59,542 bases of DNA from Actinomycetaceae bacterium (GTDB taxonomy: Bacteria > Actinomycetota > Actinomycetes > Actinomycetales > Actinomycetaceae): positions 52,245-111,786 of the forward strand of contig SUUB01000003.1 of the NCBI GenBank assembly GCA_015062745.1, in the 5' to 3' direction. The position numbers and the translations under genes are program-made. The notes under the pieces are model-generated. The model saw only the letters and a list, made by a program, of their open reading frames with translations. It was not told the DNA's origin and ran no database searches. Below are positions 24,143-34,756 of the stretch, piece after piece. Numbering within the stretch: position 1 is the stretch's first letter; every line of letters starts with the position of its first letter.

Positions 24143-24988
24143 ATGCTTCGTATTGCTGTCCCCAATAAGGGCTCTTTGTCCGAACCGGCGTCCCAGATGT
24201 TGCGCGAGGCGGGATACCGGCAACGTCGTGATTCACGCGAGCTGGTGTTGACCGACGCGGAGAATGATGTCGAGTTCTTCTTCATTCGCCCGCGTGACGT
24301 TGCGGTGTACGTTGGCGCGGGAACAGTTGATGTCGGAATTACCGGACGTGATCTCCTCCTGGACTCCGGCGCCGCCGCGGTCGAACACCGTGCCCTCGGC
24401 TTCGCCCGGTCAACGTTCCGTTTCGCCGCTCCGAAGGGCACCTGCTCCACACTGGAAGATATTCGAGGCAAGCGGGTTGCCACCTCATACGACAACCTGG
24501 TGAGGTTGTTCCTCGAAGAACGCGGAATCGATGCAGCCGAAGTTCATCTGGATGGCGCGGTAGAGTCGTCTGTTCAGCTGGGTGTGGCTGACCTTATTGC
24601 CGACGTCGTCGAAACTGGAACCACGCTGCGCACCGCAGGTCTGGAGGTGTTCGGCGAGCCAATCCTGCATTCCGAGGCCGTACTCATCCGCGGCAAGGAT
24701 AGGGAGGAGCCGGAAGGCCTCGAAACGCTTGACCGCCGTCTGGAGGGCGTGTTGGTTGCCCGGCAATACGTCATCTTTGATTATGACTGCCCGGCCGCAC
24801 AGTTGGAAGAAGCGGTGAAGCTGACCCCGGGACTGCAGTCGCCAACTATTTCACCTTTACACGAGGTCGGCTGGTACGCGGTTCGCGCCATGGTCCGCCG
24901 CGACGATATGAATCGCATCATGGACGCGCTTTACGCGGCGGGTGCGCGTGGTGTCATTGTGACGCCCGTGCTTGCCTGCCGGATCTAG
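24143..24988 (+). CDS. hisG: ATP phosphoribosyltransferase (long form)
   Basis: [25 protein letters not shown]-terminal regulatory domain. Confidence 0.97.
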   Translation: MLRIAVPNKGSLSEPASQMLREAGYRQRRDSRELVLTDAENDVEFFFIRPRDVAVYVGAGTVDVGITGRDLLLDSGAAAVEHRALGFARSTFRFAAPKGTCSTLEDIRGKRVATSYDNLVRLFLEERGIDAAEVHLDGAVESSVQLGVADLIADVVETGTTLRTAGLEVFGEPILHSEAVLIRGKDREEPEGLETLDRRLEGVLVARQYVIFDYDCPAAQLEEAVKLTPGLQSPTISPLHEVGWYAVRAMVRRDDMNRIMDALYAAGARGVIVTPVLACRI

Positions 24989-25165
24989 CCGACGCAGCGC
25001 TGCGAGGGGGTAACAACGCGGTTCTCTTCCGAAGCCACCGGTTGCTTCGCGTTGTCGTGTCTCGCGGTTTGCATACCGGCGGGCACGCGCACGGCATCTA
25101 CCCTCGTCGCGGTGACCGTGCCGACGGCTTGGAGCCCTAAGACTCACGACGACGCACGTCCCCGC

Positions 25166-26293
25166 CTATTGCCGATCCGTCAACTCGGGTAGGAGTTGCG
25201 CCGCGGCGTAGCCGGCCACGCCCGCGGCAAGGAATGCGAGCGGGTCTTCGCGTAGCCCCCGTCCCATGGTGCGGAGATTCACCGGCGAGGCTTCCAGGAC
25301 TTCCGTCAAGCCGGTCGTCGCAATATCGCGGCGTTCCAGGCGTGGACAGGCAAAGAGCTCGCTGAACTGCCGAGAAATCTTTGTCCGAGTGCCGGAGTCT
25401 ACCAAGGTGCTCAGTTCATCCGTCGCATCGAACTGCGGCACGGGGCACAGGACGGGGGAGAGGGCCACTCGAGTCAGAGCGGTGGTCGTGTGGTGCGACA
25501 AACCGAAGTGCCGATCGCGTGCATCGCCACTGGACATGCGGAGCAATCCAATGGCGCGCCCTTCGAGCGTATGAACGGCGTTGATGATCTCACCGACGCG
25601 TGTTCCGGAGAATCCCCAGCGGGTCCCCGTGCCCAGGTTTCCCGGTCCTTGGGTGACGATTGCCAGATCGGCCCGCCACACCAGGCGAGCCGCCAGCAAG
25701 GCGGTGTGAATGTTCACGGATTCGAGTTCGCCACCGAAAGCCTGGCCGGAGGAAATCGTTCCGAGAATGTCCCCGGAAACGGTTAAGGCGGCAGCGACCT
25801 GTGAGAACCACGCCGGAAGCGCTCCGCCGTCGTCCATGATGTACGCGATACGAGCATGCGGCCGGTGCGCGTGCACCGCGGCAACCACGGCTGGCAGGGT
25901 CGAATGCAGATCCGCCACCACCACAGGCATACCGGCGATTGAGTCGGCCTGTGCGAGCAGGTCGTGGTATGGAGACTCCTGCTCATCGACCCCGAGAGTC
26001 ATATACTGCAGCGGCGTATAGCGCGCCTTTACAATATGCCCCGGCGCGGGTGGCGGATCAGCGGGAAGTCGGTCGGGAAGGGCAACCACCATGAGATAAC
26101 CACCGGTGCCCAAGCCGCGGTGTACGGCCGATGCGCTGAGCAGCGCGCGATCTCCTACCCGGGGCGTGCCGACGAGCCGGCGATAAGCCAGCGCACGGTA
26201 CTCAGATCCATCATCAAGCTCAACCTGGCATTCTTGAGACTCTCCCCAGGCACGCCCAAGTGAAACTATCCGACCATTACGCCACATCATCAC
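25166..26293 (-). CDS. DUF3866 family protein
   Basis: GLGTGG, GHIVKARYTPLQ, DLHS, QAFGG..E.VN, GPGNLGTGT.WGFSG, RH.GLSHH. Confidence 0.8.
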   Translation of the reverse strand: MMMWRNGRIVSLGRAWGESQECQVELDDGSEYRALAYRRLVGTPRVGDRALLSASAVHRGLGTGGYLMVVALPDRLPADPPPAPGHIVKARYTPLQYMTLGVDEQESPYHDLLAQADSIAGMPVVVADLHSTLPAVVAAVHAHRPHARIAYIMDDGGALPAWFSQVAAALTVSGDILGTISSGQAFGGELESVNIHTALLAARLVWRADLAIVTQGPGNLGTGTRWGFSGTRVGEIINAVHTLEGRAIGLLRMSSGDARDRHFGLSHHTTTALTRVALSPVLCPVPQFDATDELSTLVDSGTRTKISRQFSELFACPRLERRDIATTGLTEVLEASPVNLRTMGRGLREDPLAFLAAGVAGYAAAQLLPELTDRQ

Positions 26294-26327
26294 GGCATTA
26301 AGGGTACCTGTCTATTACGCTTGATGT

Positions 26328-27365
26328 GTGGCAAGTACATCACGGCAGAGCGCTGAGAGGCGGCAGCGCAACGAGAGGCAGCTTTCCCTGCTGGCCGCAT
26401 TGTCAGCGCGCGGTGCACTCACGAAGGACGATATCCGTGCCCTGACCGTCTATGCCACCGGCTCCGATGCCGCGTTCGGCCGCACCTTCGAGCGGGATCT
26501 GCAGCAGTTGCGGCAAGCCGGCTATCCAATCAGAACCGATTCCGAGTACCGCTATCACTATGATGGGCGGGCACCTCTCGCCACGCCGGTCAGTGCGCTG
26601 GACGCCGGGCTGCTCCGCTCGATTCTGAGCGGTCTCGACCACCGATCGCCACATATGTCGCTGGCTGCCAGTGGGCTGCAGAAGCTACTGGCCGTGGCGG
26701 CAACGGGTGAGGCTAACGCTGAATACCTGCATGCGGGAATTCCTACGGGTGAGAATATCGTGGATCTCGCCCGCGCTGTCCAACTGCGCAGGAGAGTCTC
26801 CTTCGAGTATGAGGGAACAACCGGCCCCAAGCGCGATTATCGTCTCGAACCGGCGGAGATCTCCGTGCATTTCGAGGCGTTTTACGTCAGTGGCAGCGCA
26901 TCGCATTGTCCCGCAGTCAGCTCTTCCGATTCGCTTGCGGACGAGAGCCAAGCCTCCTCATCAGGCGAGACCTGGCACTGGCGCACCTTCCGTGTTTCAC
27001 GTATTACCGCAGGGAGCTTGCGAGATATCGGGAAGGCGACTGAACAACACCGGCAGGGAACGTCGCCGCAGGGCGTGTTTACCGCCGCTGAAGCCATTGT
27101 GGCCATCCGCCCCGGCTGCGCGGTTCCGCTTGCCGCACGCGGCACACCCGTGGGCGTCGGTGAGCTAACGAACACCTGCGGCACCACGAAGCCGTCGGGG
27201 GAGGACTGGGAGTACTACCGCTATAGCGACGTTGATCGTCAGCGGCTCTTCGAAGACCTTTTCCTCTATGGCCGCGATGTGCGGCTTGTCGGAGACGACA
27301 CGCTTGTGGCGCAGTGGAAGCGGCGCGTTGAACACCTGGCAGCCCTGGGGCGGGATGTGCAATGA
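26328..27365 (+). CDS. pafB: HTH-WYL transcriptional regulator, PafB-like
   Basis: AF.RTFERD..QLR..GYPI HTH; FYVSG...RTFRVSRI WYL-like segment. Confidence 0.8.
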   Translation: MASTSRQSAERRQRNERQLSLLAALSARGALTKDDIRALTVYATGSDAAFGRTFERDLQQLRQAGYPIRTDSEYRYHYDGRAPLATPVSALDAGLLRSILSGLDHRSPHMSLAASGLQKLLAVAATGEANAEYLHAGIPTGENIVDLARAVQLRRRVSFEYEGTTGPKRDYRLEPAEISVHFEAFYVSGSASHCPAVSSSDSLADESQASSSGETWHWRTFRVSRITAGSLRDIGKATEQHRQGTSPQGVFTAAEAIVAIRPGCAVPLAARGTPVGVGELTNTCGTTKPSGEDWEYYRYSDVDRQRLFEDLFLYGRDVRLVGDDTLVAQWKRRVEHLAALGRDVQ

Positions 27366-28378
27366 CAACCGTCCAGGAGATCGTACAGACGAATGCCATT
27401 CTGGTGCACTTGGCAACCATGGAGGACTCGGAGGTAACACTCGGCGAACTGGCCGCGCATTTCGCCATGGACTGGCGCGACGTGTTGCGCCTGCTCTGGG
27501 ATGCCAACACCGTTGATATCCTCGGCATCGCCATTCCCTTCGATCTTTCCCTGCCGGATCCAGTCGACCAGTGGGATGGAGAGGGGCCACAGCCCGGCCC
27601 AGATGCGCCGGTTTCTCTTGGAAGGCATGGGGCACTGGACGTTCCCGAGCTGCTTGTTACTTTCCCGGAGACGATTATTCTCACCGCTCTTCTCGACGCC
27701 GTTCTCGCGGTGACACCACCAGGAACCGAAGCGCAGGCCTTACAGAACACCCGGCAGCAGCTCACGGAGGCTGCCTCGCAGGCGGGATACGGCGCAGCGT
27801 TCTGGGCACCACCGCAGCGGCTGATTCCGGGGGATCTCCTCGAGGCCATTACCAGCGCAATTCGACGCCGACAGCATCTTCGTATCACCTACTACCACCC
27901 GGGAAAGCCGCGCGGAGAAGTGGTCGATATTGTGCCCTGGGAGATCACCACCGGTCACACGCCTGTCTTACGCGCCTCTCGCGCAGGTTCCGCGCGCAGC
28001 TACCGGCTAGACCGGATAGGCGACGTCGAGCCCGGCGGCGCCGTTAAGCGATCGGAGGGTGCCGCGACGCGGCGTTCTCTGATTCAGGAAGACCGGGAGG
28101 CACGGCATGACGCCAGGGTAGGGAAGGCACGGTGGACGGATGGAGGCCAGGAGGTGCTACTGCGCCTTGACCGTGCAGGATTGTGGGCGGTGGAGACACT
28201 GCCGGGAGCACAATGGCACAGGGAAGGCGACGTACTCGTGGTTCGATTCCGCTCCCGCTCGGATGATTGGCTCGCCTCCTACCTGATCCAACTCGGTACG
28301 GCCGTCTTAAGTATTGAGCCCGACGACGTCGCCGCACGCATGTCAGCGCGGTTCGAGGAACTTCGAAATACCTTCTAG
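27362..28378 (+). CDS. pafC: HTH-WYL transcriptional regulator, PafC-like (divergent)
   Basis: ELAAHF HTH, LRITYY, RSYRLDRI, C-terminal WCX-like W....LG...; ATGA overlap with pafB. Confidence 0.75.
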   Translation: MTTVQEIVQTNAILVHLATMEDSEVTLGELAAHFAMDWRDVLRLLWDANTVDILGIAIPFDLSLPDPVDQWDGEGPQPGPDAPVSLGRHGALDVPELLVTFPETIILTALLDAVLAVTPPGTEAQALQNTRQQLTEAASQAGYGAAFWAPPQRLIPGDLLEAITSAIRRRQHLRITYYHPGKPRGEVVDIVPWEITTGHTPVLRASRAGSARSYRLDRIGDVEPGGAVKRSEGAATRRSLIQEDREARHDARVGKARWTDGGQEVLLRLDRAGLWAVETLPGAQWHREGDVLVVRFRSRSDDWLASYLIQLGTAVLSIEPDDVAARMSARFEELRNTF

Positions 28379-28407
28379 GTAACAAGCTGAGGACTACGAA
28401 ACACACC

Positions 28408-28782
28408 GTGAAACTGTTGATTATTCTTCTTGTCGTGGCATTGCTCGCCACTTATGCAGCCGTAACCGTGCGGCAACTCTGGCGATCGGTGAAGAAACTC
28501 GGCCGCGCCGGGGGAACGCTCATCGATAAGTGCAGCGGGTTGACCGCACACCAGCAGGCCGTGGCGCAGCCGGTGGCCCCGCTCAGTCGCGACTCGGCCC
28601 GTGCCATTCGCGCGCGGGTTCGCATGCAGCGCATGCAGGCCAAGAGGCGGCGGCTCGACCGTGCATCTGCGCGTTGGAGTGACGCAGCCGCGCTCAACCG
28701 CTCCGGGATGTCACGCCACGCATCCGTCCAGCAGCCTCGGCCCACCGCAACCGCAACGCACCTGCAGGATGCGTCGGCATGA
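28408..28782 (+). CDS. Small membrane-anchored hypothetical protein
   Basis: One N-terminal TM helix followed by a basic tail; overlaps the start of the next gene. Confidence 0.65.
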   Translation: MKLLIILLVVALLATYAAVTVRQLWRSVKKLGRAGGTLIDKCSGLTAHQQAVAQPVAPLSRDSARAIRARVRMQRMQAKRRRLDRASARWSDAAALNRSGMSRHASVQQPRPTATATHLQDASA

Positions 28783-29690
28783 GGATAGGGGTTGCCAGTA
28801 ATCCTTCCAGCGGCGCCGGAAGGGGAGCACGCTACGGAACACAGGTACGTTCTCTGCTCGCCGTGTACGGAGCGAGCATCGTCGAGCTTTCGGGGCGCAA
28901 CGCCGAGGAGTGCCTGGCGGCTGCCCGCAGCGAGGTTCTCGCCGGAAATCTGGACGCACTCTTCGTCGTCGGCGGTGATGGCATGGTCCATATAGGAGTC
29001 GAGGCGGTGGCGGGGACACACGTGCCGTTAGGAATCATCTCGGTAGGATCGGGCAATGATATTGCGCGCGAGTTTGGACTGCCCATCCGTAACGTTCAGA
29101 AATCCGTACACCGGGCCGTGATGGCTCTGCTGGCCGGGCACAGCCGCGCAACGGACACCATTGAGGTCATGCATCGCTCCGGAAACGCACACGCTCTGGC
29201 CGTTCTGTCGGCCGGTATTGACGCGGCTACGAATCTGCGCACCAATCAATTGACCTGGCCGAAGGGAAACCTGCGCTATGCCCGCGCGCTTTTCCAATGT
29301 CTGACCGAATTCTCACCCTACGGACTCGAAGTCGAGGTTGATGGGAAGGTCGCCAGCGGCGCGGCCACACTCGTCGCCGCGGCCAATACGCGTTTCATCG
29401 GCGGAGGGATGAATATTGCTCCGTCTGCTCGCACGGACGATGGTCTCCTTGACATTATCATTGCCCGTGGCATGTCCGTGCCCGAGATCCTGTCGCTGTT
29501 TCCGCTGCTTTACAGTGGGCGACACATCCATGCCAAGGGTGTTCATCTTCTACGCGGGCGGCATATTCGAATCAATGCGAAACCTTCAGCGGGTGCACCG
29601 GCACCGACCGCCATGGCCGACGGCGAGATCATTGGCGAGGTGCCACTGAATATCTACTGTCGACCTGGATCATTGGAGTTGCTAGTCTGA
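28779..29690 (+). CDS. Diacylglycerol kinase family lipid kinase
   Basis: NPSSG, GGDGMV, GSGNDIAR, GGGM, DGE. Confidence 0.92.
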   Translation: MRIGVASNPSSGAGRGARYGTQVRSLLAVYGASIVELSGRNAEECLAAARSEVLAGNLDALFVVGGDGMVHIGVEAVAGTHVPLGIISVGSGNDIAREFGLPIRNVQKSVHRAVMALLAGHSRATDTIEVMHRSGNAHALAVLSAGIDAATNLRTNQLTWPKGNLRYARALFQCLTEFSPYGLEVEVDGKVASGAATLVAAANTRFIGGGMNIAPSARTDDGLLDIIIARGMSVPEILSLFPLLYSGRHIHAKGVHLLRGRHIRINAKPSAGAPAPTAMADGEIIGEVPLNIYCRPGSLELLV

Positions 29691-32299
29691 TGGACCACGA
29701 TGCACTTCTCTCCGAGTACACGGAACGCTACGCGGCCCGTGGGATACGCCTCGACGACTTCCAAGTGGCGGCCTGCCGTGCACTCAGTGCCGATCACGAC
29801 GTTCTTGTCTGCGCTCCCACCGGCTCCGGTAAGACTGTGGTGGCCCACTATGCCGTTGAACTTGCCTTGGCCACCGGTCGTCGCTGCGTCTACACCGCGC
29901 CGATCAAGGCACTGTCGAACCAGAAGTACACCGAGTTGACACGGCTGCTCGGGCCGGAGAATGTGGGACTGCTGACCGGCGACACCGTGGTGAATCGCGA
30001 AGCGCAAATCTTGGTTGTCACTACCGAAGTTCTGCGCAATATGTTGTTGCAGGGATCGGGCACCGATCACTTCGGGTATGCCATTTTAGATGAGGTCCAC
30101 TACCTGGCCGATCGTGATCGCGGACCGGTATGGGAGGAGATTATCCTGTCCCTACCGGAGACGGTCAGGCTGGTGTCCCTCTCCGCAACGATTGCCAACA
30201 CCGACGAGTTGGTTGCCTGGATGCGCTCCGTGCGCGGCGAGACGGAGCTGATAGCGAGCGAGGTCCGCCCGGTGCCGCTGAGCCAGTTCGTTTCTATCGG
30301 CAACAAGGTCTACCCGTTATACGGCGACGACTGTGTCAAACCCTCCCGAGCGTTGACCACAGCACTGGAGCGAGCCGCAAACGACCCGCGGGGGCGAAAT
30401 CGCCGCATCACCGCGGGCGATCGGTACCGGCTCGTCAACTACCTGTCCAAGCACGACATGTTGCCGGCCATTGAGTTCATCTTCTCCCGCAAGGGATGCG
30501 ATGAAGCGGTGGCCGCGCTCCAACGGCGCGGTGTCACGCTGACATCAACGCGCGAGCAGAAGGAAATACGGCGAGAGATCGCAGCGCTGCGTGAGACGCT
30601 GAGTGCCTCTGACCGCCGCGCCGTTCGCTTTGACAGCTATACACGTGCCTTGCTCAACGGCTTTGGTGCACACCACGCGGGTGTATTTCCCGCTCTCAAG
30701 GAGTTGACTGAGCGTCTGGTCGAACGCGGCCTTATCCGACTCGTGTATGCCACCGGAACACTGGCTCTTGGTATCGACATGCCGGTGCGCACGGTGGTGG
30801 TGGAAGAACTGCGCCGCTGGGACGGCAGCGACTTCGTCGATATGACCGCTACCGAGTACACGCAGGTGATCGGCCGGGCGGGGCGACGGGGTCGAGATAC
30901 GCATGGCAACGCGGTGGTGCTTGCCGATGCGGAGCTTGATCCCGAGCATCTGGCTGACTTGGGCTCCGGGCGTCTGGAACCGTTGCTCTCGGCGTTCCAG
31001 CCTTCATACAACACGGTGATCAATCTATTGGCGCAACGTAGCTATCAAGAGGCGCGCCAGCTCATGGGATCGAGTTTCGCCCAGTTCCAACGCGACGCGG
31101 ACCTGGGCGAAGTAGAGGCGCGTCGCGCGCGGCTGCGCCGTCGTATCGTCGCTGAAGAGAAGCGCCTGGAATGCGATTTCGGCGATCTCGTTGGATACCT
31201 TCGCCTACGTGGCAGCGCGGGTCGAGCAGCAAAGTCCGCCCGGAAGGCCGCTAAGCGAGATTATCAGCGGCGCATTGCGAAGAGCTTCGACGCCGCAAGT
31301 ACGGGCACCCTTTATGCCTTTGCGCGCGACGGCGAACTGTTCTACGGTTTGGTTCTATCTGCCGAGCGTCATCGGTTACGAATCATCGACTGGTACGGGC
31401 AGATGAATTGGTTACGCGCAGACGCGTTATCGTCAGAGATGCGCGCTGTCGGCCGCGTGGAGCTCCCGCATGGGCGGTCGTTACGCTCACCTCAAACCCG
31501 CGAGCAGGTGGCGGACGCGATCCTGGCTGCCGTGCAGGAGCGTTCCGATCTCGGAGTCGACCGTGATCTGCTGGAATCCTGGTCGCGATTCGCGGTACCC
31601 GATATTCCCGAACTCGCCTCGCACCCCTGTGCAGCCTGCCCCGACATAGCCGCGCATATCCGGGAAGGAGAAACGCTGCTTTCCCTGGACGCGCGACTGC
31701 AGGAGTTGAACGTGTTGTCGGCATCGTACGTCGATTCGGTAGGCCGGGACTTTGATAACACGATCGGCGTCCTGCGCGAACTGGGCCTGCTGCAGTCCGA
31801 CGATACCGACACTGTCCGCCTGGGCCCTGGGGCAGCGTTGCTGCGGCAATTGCATATCGAATCGGATCTGCTCCTTTACCAGTGCCTGGCTGCGCTGCAG
31901 GAGGGCGAGGTTGACGCTGCCGGTATGGCGGGCTGGGCCTCGATGTTCCTTGTGGATGACCGGATGGGTACAAGTCTGCCGCAGCGTTCAAACCTGCGGA
32001 GGCTGTCACTTCGGGCCGTACGAGAGGCGGAGTTCCTGCAAACGGTGGAACAGCGGCACTCGGTACAACGCACCATTGCTCCAACGCCCGGATGCACGGA
32101 CCTTTTCGCCCTGTGGGCAAGTGGGGCCGATCTGGAGACATGCCTGCGCATGGTGCGCTTGAGTGCCGGTGACTTTATTACCATGGCGCGTCGTCTGGTT
32201 GATCTGCTGGGGCAGATAGCCCTGGCCGGCTCCGGAACGTGGATCGAAGCCACCGCATTTGAGGCCAGGCGTCTCGTTCGTCGTAGTGAGCTTCTTTGA
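29690..32299 (+). CDS. helY: Ski2-like DEAD/DEAH-box RNA helicase HelY
   Basis: APTGSGKT, PIKALSNQK, DEVH, SAT, GRAGRRG, DSHCT-like C-terminus. Confidence 0.92.
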   Translation: MDHDALLSEYTERYAARGIRLDDFQVAACRALSADHDVLVCAPTGSGKTVVAHYAVELALATGRRCVYTAPIKALSNQKYTELTRLLGPENVGLLTGDTVVNREAQILVVTTEVLRNMLLQGSGTDHFGYAILDEVHYLADRDRGPVWEEIILSLPETVRLVSLSATIANTDELVAWMRSVRGETELIASEVRPVPLSQFVSIGNKVYPLYGDDCVKPSRALTTALERAANDPRGRNRRITAGDRYRLVNYLSKHDMLPAIEFIFSRKGCDEAVAALQRRGVTLTSTREQKEIRREIAALRETLSASDRRAVRFDSYTRALLNGFGAHHAGVFPALKELTERLVERGLIRLVYATGTLALGIDMPVRTVVVEELRRWDGSDFVDMTATEYTQVIGRAGRRGRDTHGNAVVLADAELDPEHLADLGSGRLEPLLSAFQPSYNTVINLLAQRSYQEARQLMGSSFAQFQRDADLGEVEARRARLRRRIVAEEKRLECDFGDLVGYLRLRGSAGRAAKSARKAAKRDYQRRIAKSFDAASTGTLYAFARDGELFYGLVLSAERHRLRIIDWYGQMNWLRADALSSEMRAVGRVELPHGRSLRSPQTREQVADAILAAVQERSDLGVDRDLLESWSRFAVPDIPELASHPCAACPDIAAHIREGETLLSLDARLQELNVLSASYVDSVGRDFDNTIGVLRELGLLQSDDTDTVRLGPGAALLRQLHIESDLLLYQCLAALQEGEVDAAGMAGWASMFLVDDRMGTSLPQRSNLRRLSLRAVREAEFLQTVEQRHSVQRTIAPTPGCTDLFALWASGADLETCLRMVRLSAGDFITMARRLVDLLGQIALAGSGTWIEATAFEARRLVRRSELL

Positions 32300-32391
32300 G
32301 TGCTGCGGCAGGTAGCGGATCATAAACCAAGGCGGCGCGCGATCGGGGTGGCGTGGCGGCAGTTTGTGTACCGCCCAGTAATCTCTAAGGG

Positions 32392-33936
32392 ATGAAGATA
32401 CACCACTGGCTATGGGCCGTCTTAGCAGCGCTCGGTGGTGGACTATGCGTGTACGCGTCGTTCGCTCCACTGGGTTGGTGGCCGGCGGCCTTTCCAGGCA
32501 TTGCCCTGCTGATAATCGCCTTGGAGGGACGATCCTGGTTAGCCTCCTTCGGACTCGGCTTCGTGTTCGGGATGACGTACTTCCTGTTCCTGTTCCACTG
32601 GGCGTACATTGCTGCCGGGATCGTTCTGGCACAGATCGCTCTGACGGCTGTAGAGGCGCTGTATCTCGCGGTTCTCGCGGTTGTATGGCAGGGGCTGCTG
32701 CGGGGCAGGATAACCGGTCAGGTGGTGTGCGTTCGCGCACTTGTTCTCGCCTTGAGTTGGATCGCCATGGAGCAATTGCGCTCAACATGGCCGCTAGGTG
32801 GAATGCCATGGGGAGCCCTGGCATACGGCCAGGTAAACGGCCCGCTGTTACGGCTGGCGCCCTGGGGTTCGACCCAGCTGGTCGCTTTGCTCGTCATCAG
32901 TATCGGCGTACTACTCCACTGGGTGATTTTCAGAGGCACCGCGGGACGGCATGTCACGGCCACCGCGAGCCTGCTCGCTGCGGCGGCGCTGATGATCGCC
33001 CCCGCGTTCCTGCCGTTGCCGGCCCGCGCAGAGTCATATATCACAGTCGGGTTTGTGCAAGGTGAGATCCCCGACGAGAGCACATTACCCGAAGGGGTCT
33101 CGCGAGCCTTGACGGTTACACAGAATCTCGTCACCGAATCGGACGAGATTGCAGACGGGGGAGCGGAGATCGTATTGTGGCCCGAATCCGCCTCAGATCG
33201 AGACATCCGTAGCGATCCCGATGCGCGGCGTCTGATGTTGCAAGCCTCGTCCAGCGTCGGTGTCCCCATATTGCTTGGGACGCAGCGCTATCGCGAGGAT
33301 TATCGGTACAACGACTACGTGGTGTGGATGCCCAACGGCGAAATCGCCGATAGCTATACGAAGCAGCATCCGATTCCTTTCGGTGAGTACATCCCGGGGC
33401 GCAAGGTGTTCCGCTCGATAACCTCGGCGGTCGACCAGGTGAGCGTCGATATGCGTGCCGGGACCGAACCCGCGTATGTTGATGTCGATCTTCCCAACGG
33501 GAAGGTGCGGATTGCGGTACCTATTTGCTTCGAGGTTGCCGTTACTCCAACGGTTTCCGAAGCGGTTGACGACGGCGCACAGCTGATCGTGGTTCCTACG
33601 AACAACGCGTCCTTCGGTGATTCCTCGGAGTCCTTGCAGCAGTTCGATATGACGCGATTCCGTGCGGTGGAGCAGGGGCGTACCGCTATCCAGGTCTCCA
33701 CCGTAGGCGTTTCCGGAATTGTGGAACCTAACGGCGTGGTACGGGAAACCACCGAACCGTGGACCGCCGATTCTCGGGTGGCACGAGTTGGGCTGCGTTC
33801 CTCCTTGACGCTGGCGACACGCTTCACCGACCAGATCTGGATCACCTGCTATGCCGTCGGTGTGGCCCTCGCTGCGCTAGCATTGCTACAGCTCGTTCAT
33901 TCGTGGCACACGCGCCGCACCCATGCGCGTAGCTGA
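32392..33936 (+). CDS. lnt: Apolipoprotein N-acyltransferase
   Basis: Multiple TM helices, WPES, KQHPIPFGEY, PICFEV. Confidence 0.95.
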   Translation: MKIHHWLWAVLAALGGGLCVYASFAPLGWWPAAFPGIALLIIALEGRSWLASFGLGFVFGMTYFLFLFHWAYIAAGIVLAQIALTAVEALYLAVLAVVWQGLLRGRITGQVVCVRALVLALSWIAMEQLRSTWPLGGMPWGALAYGQVNGPLLRLAPWGSTQLVALLVISIGVLLHWVIFRGTAGRHVTATASLLAAAALMIAPAFLPLPARAESYITVGFVQGEIPDESTLPEGVSRALTVTQNLVTESDEIADGGAEIVLWPESASDRDIRSDPDARRLMLQASSSVGVPILLGTQRYREDYRYNDYVVWMPNGEIADSYTKQHPIPFGEYIPGRKVFRSITSAVDQVSVDMRAGTEPAYVDVDLPNGKVRIAVPICFEVAVTPTVSEAVDDGAQLIVVPTNNASFGDSSESLQQFDMTRFRAVEQGRTAIQVSTVGVSGIVEPNGVVRETTEPWTADSRVARVGLRSSLTLATRFTDQIWITCYAVGVALAALALLQLVHSWHTRRTHARS

Positions 33937-33957
33937 CCGATATCGAAAGGGATCTCT

Positions 33958-34716
33958 GTGCGCGTCCTCGTCATTATTCCGACCTATAACGAGGCGGAGT
34001 CGCTGCCGCCGATCATCCGCCGGGTTCGTAACGCCGTTCCCGATGCGGATGTACTCGTCGTCGACGACGCCTCGCCCGATGGCACCGGTGAAATAGCAGA
34101 TTGCATTGCCGACGGCGACGGCCAGGTCTCCGTACTGCACAGAGCGGGTAAGGAGGGGCTCGGACGTGCGTATATCGCCGCTTTCCGCCTCGCCATGGAG
34201 CGTGCATACACCCATGTGGTAGAGATGGACGCCGACGGCTCGCATCGCCCGGAACAGCTTCCCTTGCTACTTGAACGGGCCGCGATGTCGGACCGTCCGG
34301 ACCTGGTGATAGGTTCGCGTTATGTGCGCGGCGGGGAGACCGTCGGTTGGCCCAAGTCGCGCGAGGCGCTCTCACGGGCCGGAAATCTTTACGTGCGACT
34401 GTGGCTGGGCGTTCCCGTGCAGGATATCACCGCCGGTTACCGCGTCTATCGGGTTGCCATGTTGCAGCGACTCGATCTCGACTCCGTGGAATCAACGGGT
34501 TATTTCTTCCAGACCGATATGACGGACCGCGTCAACCAGCTGGGTGGACATATCGTTGAGATGCCAATCAGCTTTGCCCAGCGTGAGGCGGGGGAGTCGA
34601 AGCTGTCCGGTGCGGTATTCACGGAGTCCCTGAGCAGGGCAACCAAAATGGGGCTGCGGCGTAGGGGAGGGCAACTCAAGGCTTTCGGTCAGAGCATCCG
34701 GCGAAAGCTCAAATAG
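33958..34716 (+). CDS. ppm1: Polyprenol monophosphomannose synthase (GT2)
   Basis: IIPTYNEA, VDDASPDGTG, MDADGSH; lnt-ppm1 synteny. Confidence 0.93.
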   Translation: MRVLVIIPTYNEAESLPPIIRRVRNAVPDADVLVVDDASPDGTGEIADCIADGDGQVSVLHRAGKEGLGRAYIAAFRLAMERAYTHVVEMDADGSHRPEQLPLLLERAAMSDRPDLVIGSRYVRGGETVGWPKSREALSRAGNLYVRLWLGVPVQDITAGYRVYRVAMLQRLDLDSVESTGYFFQTDMTDRVNQLGGHIVEMPISFAQREAGESKLSGAVFTESLSRATKMGLRRRGGQLKAFGQSIRRKLK

Positions 34717-34756
34717 GCACCGACCCGGCGTCGCGGCGCTTCAATCACACAGGCGC

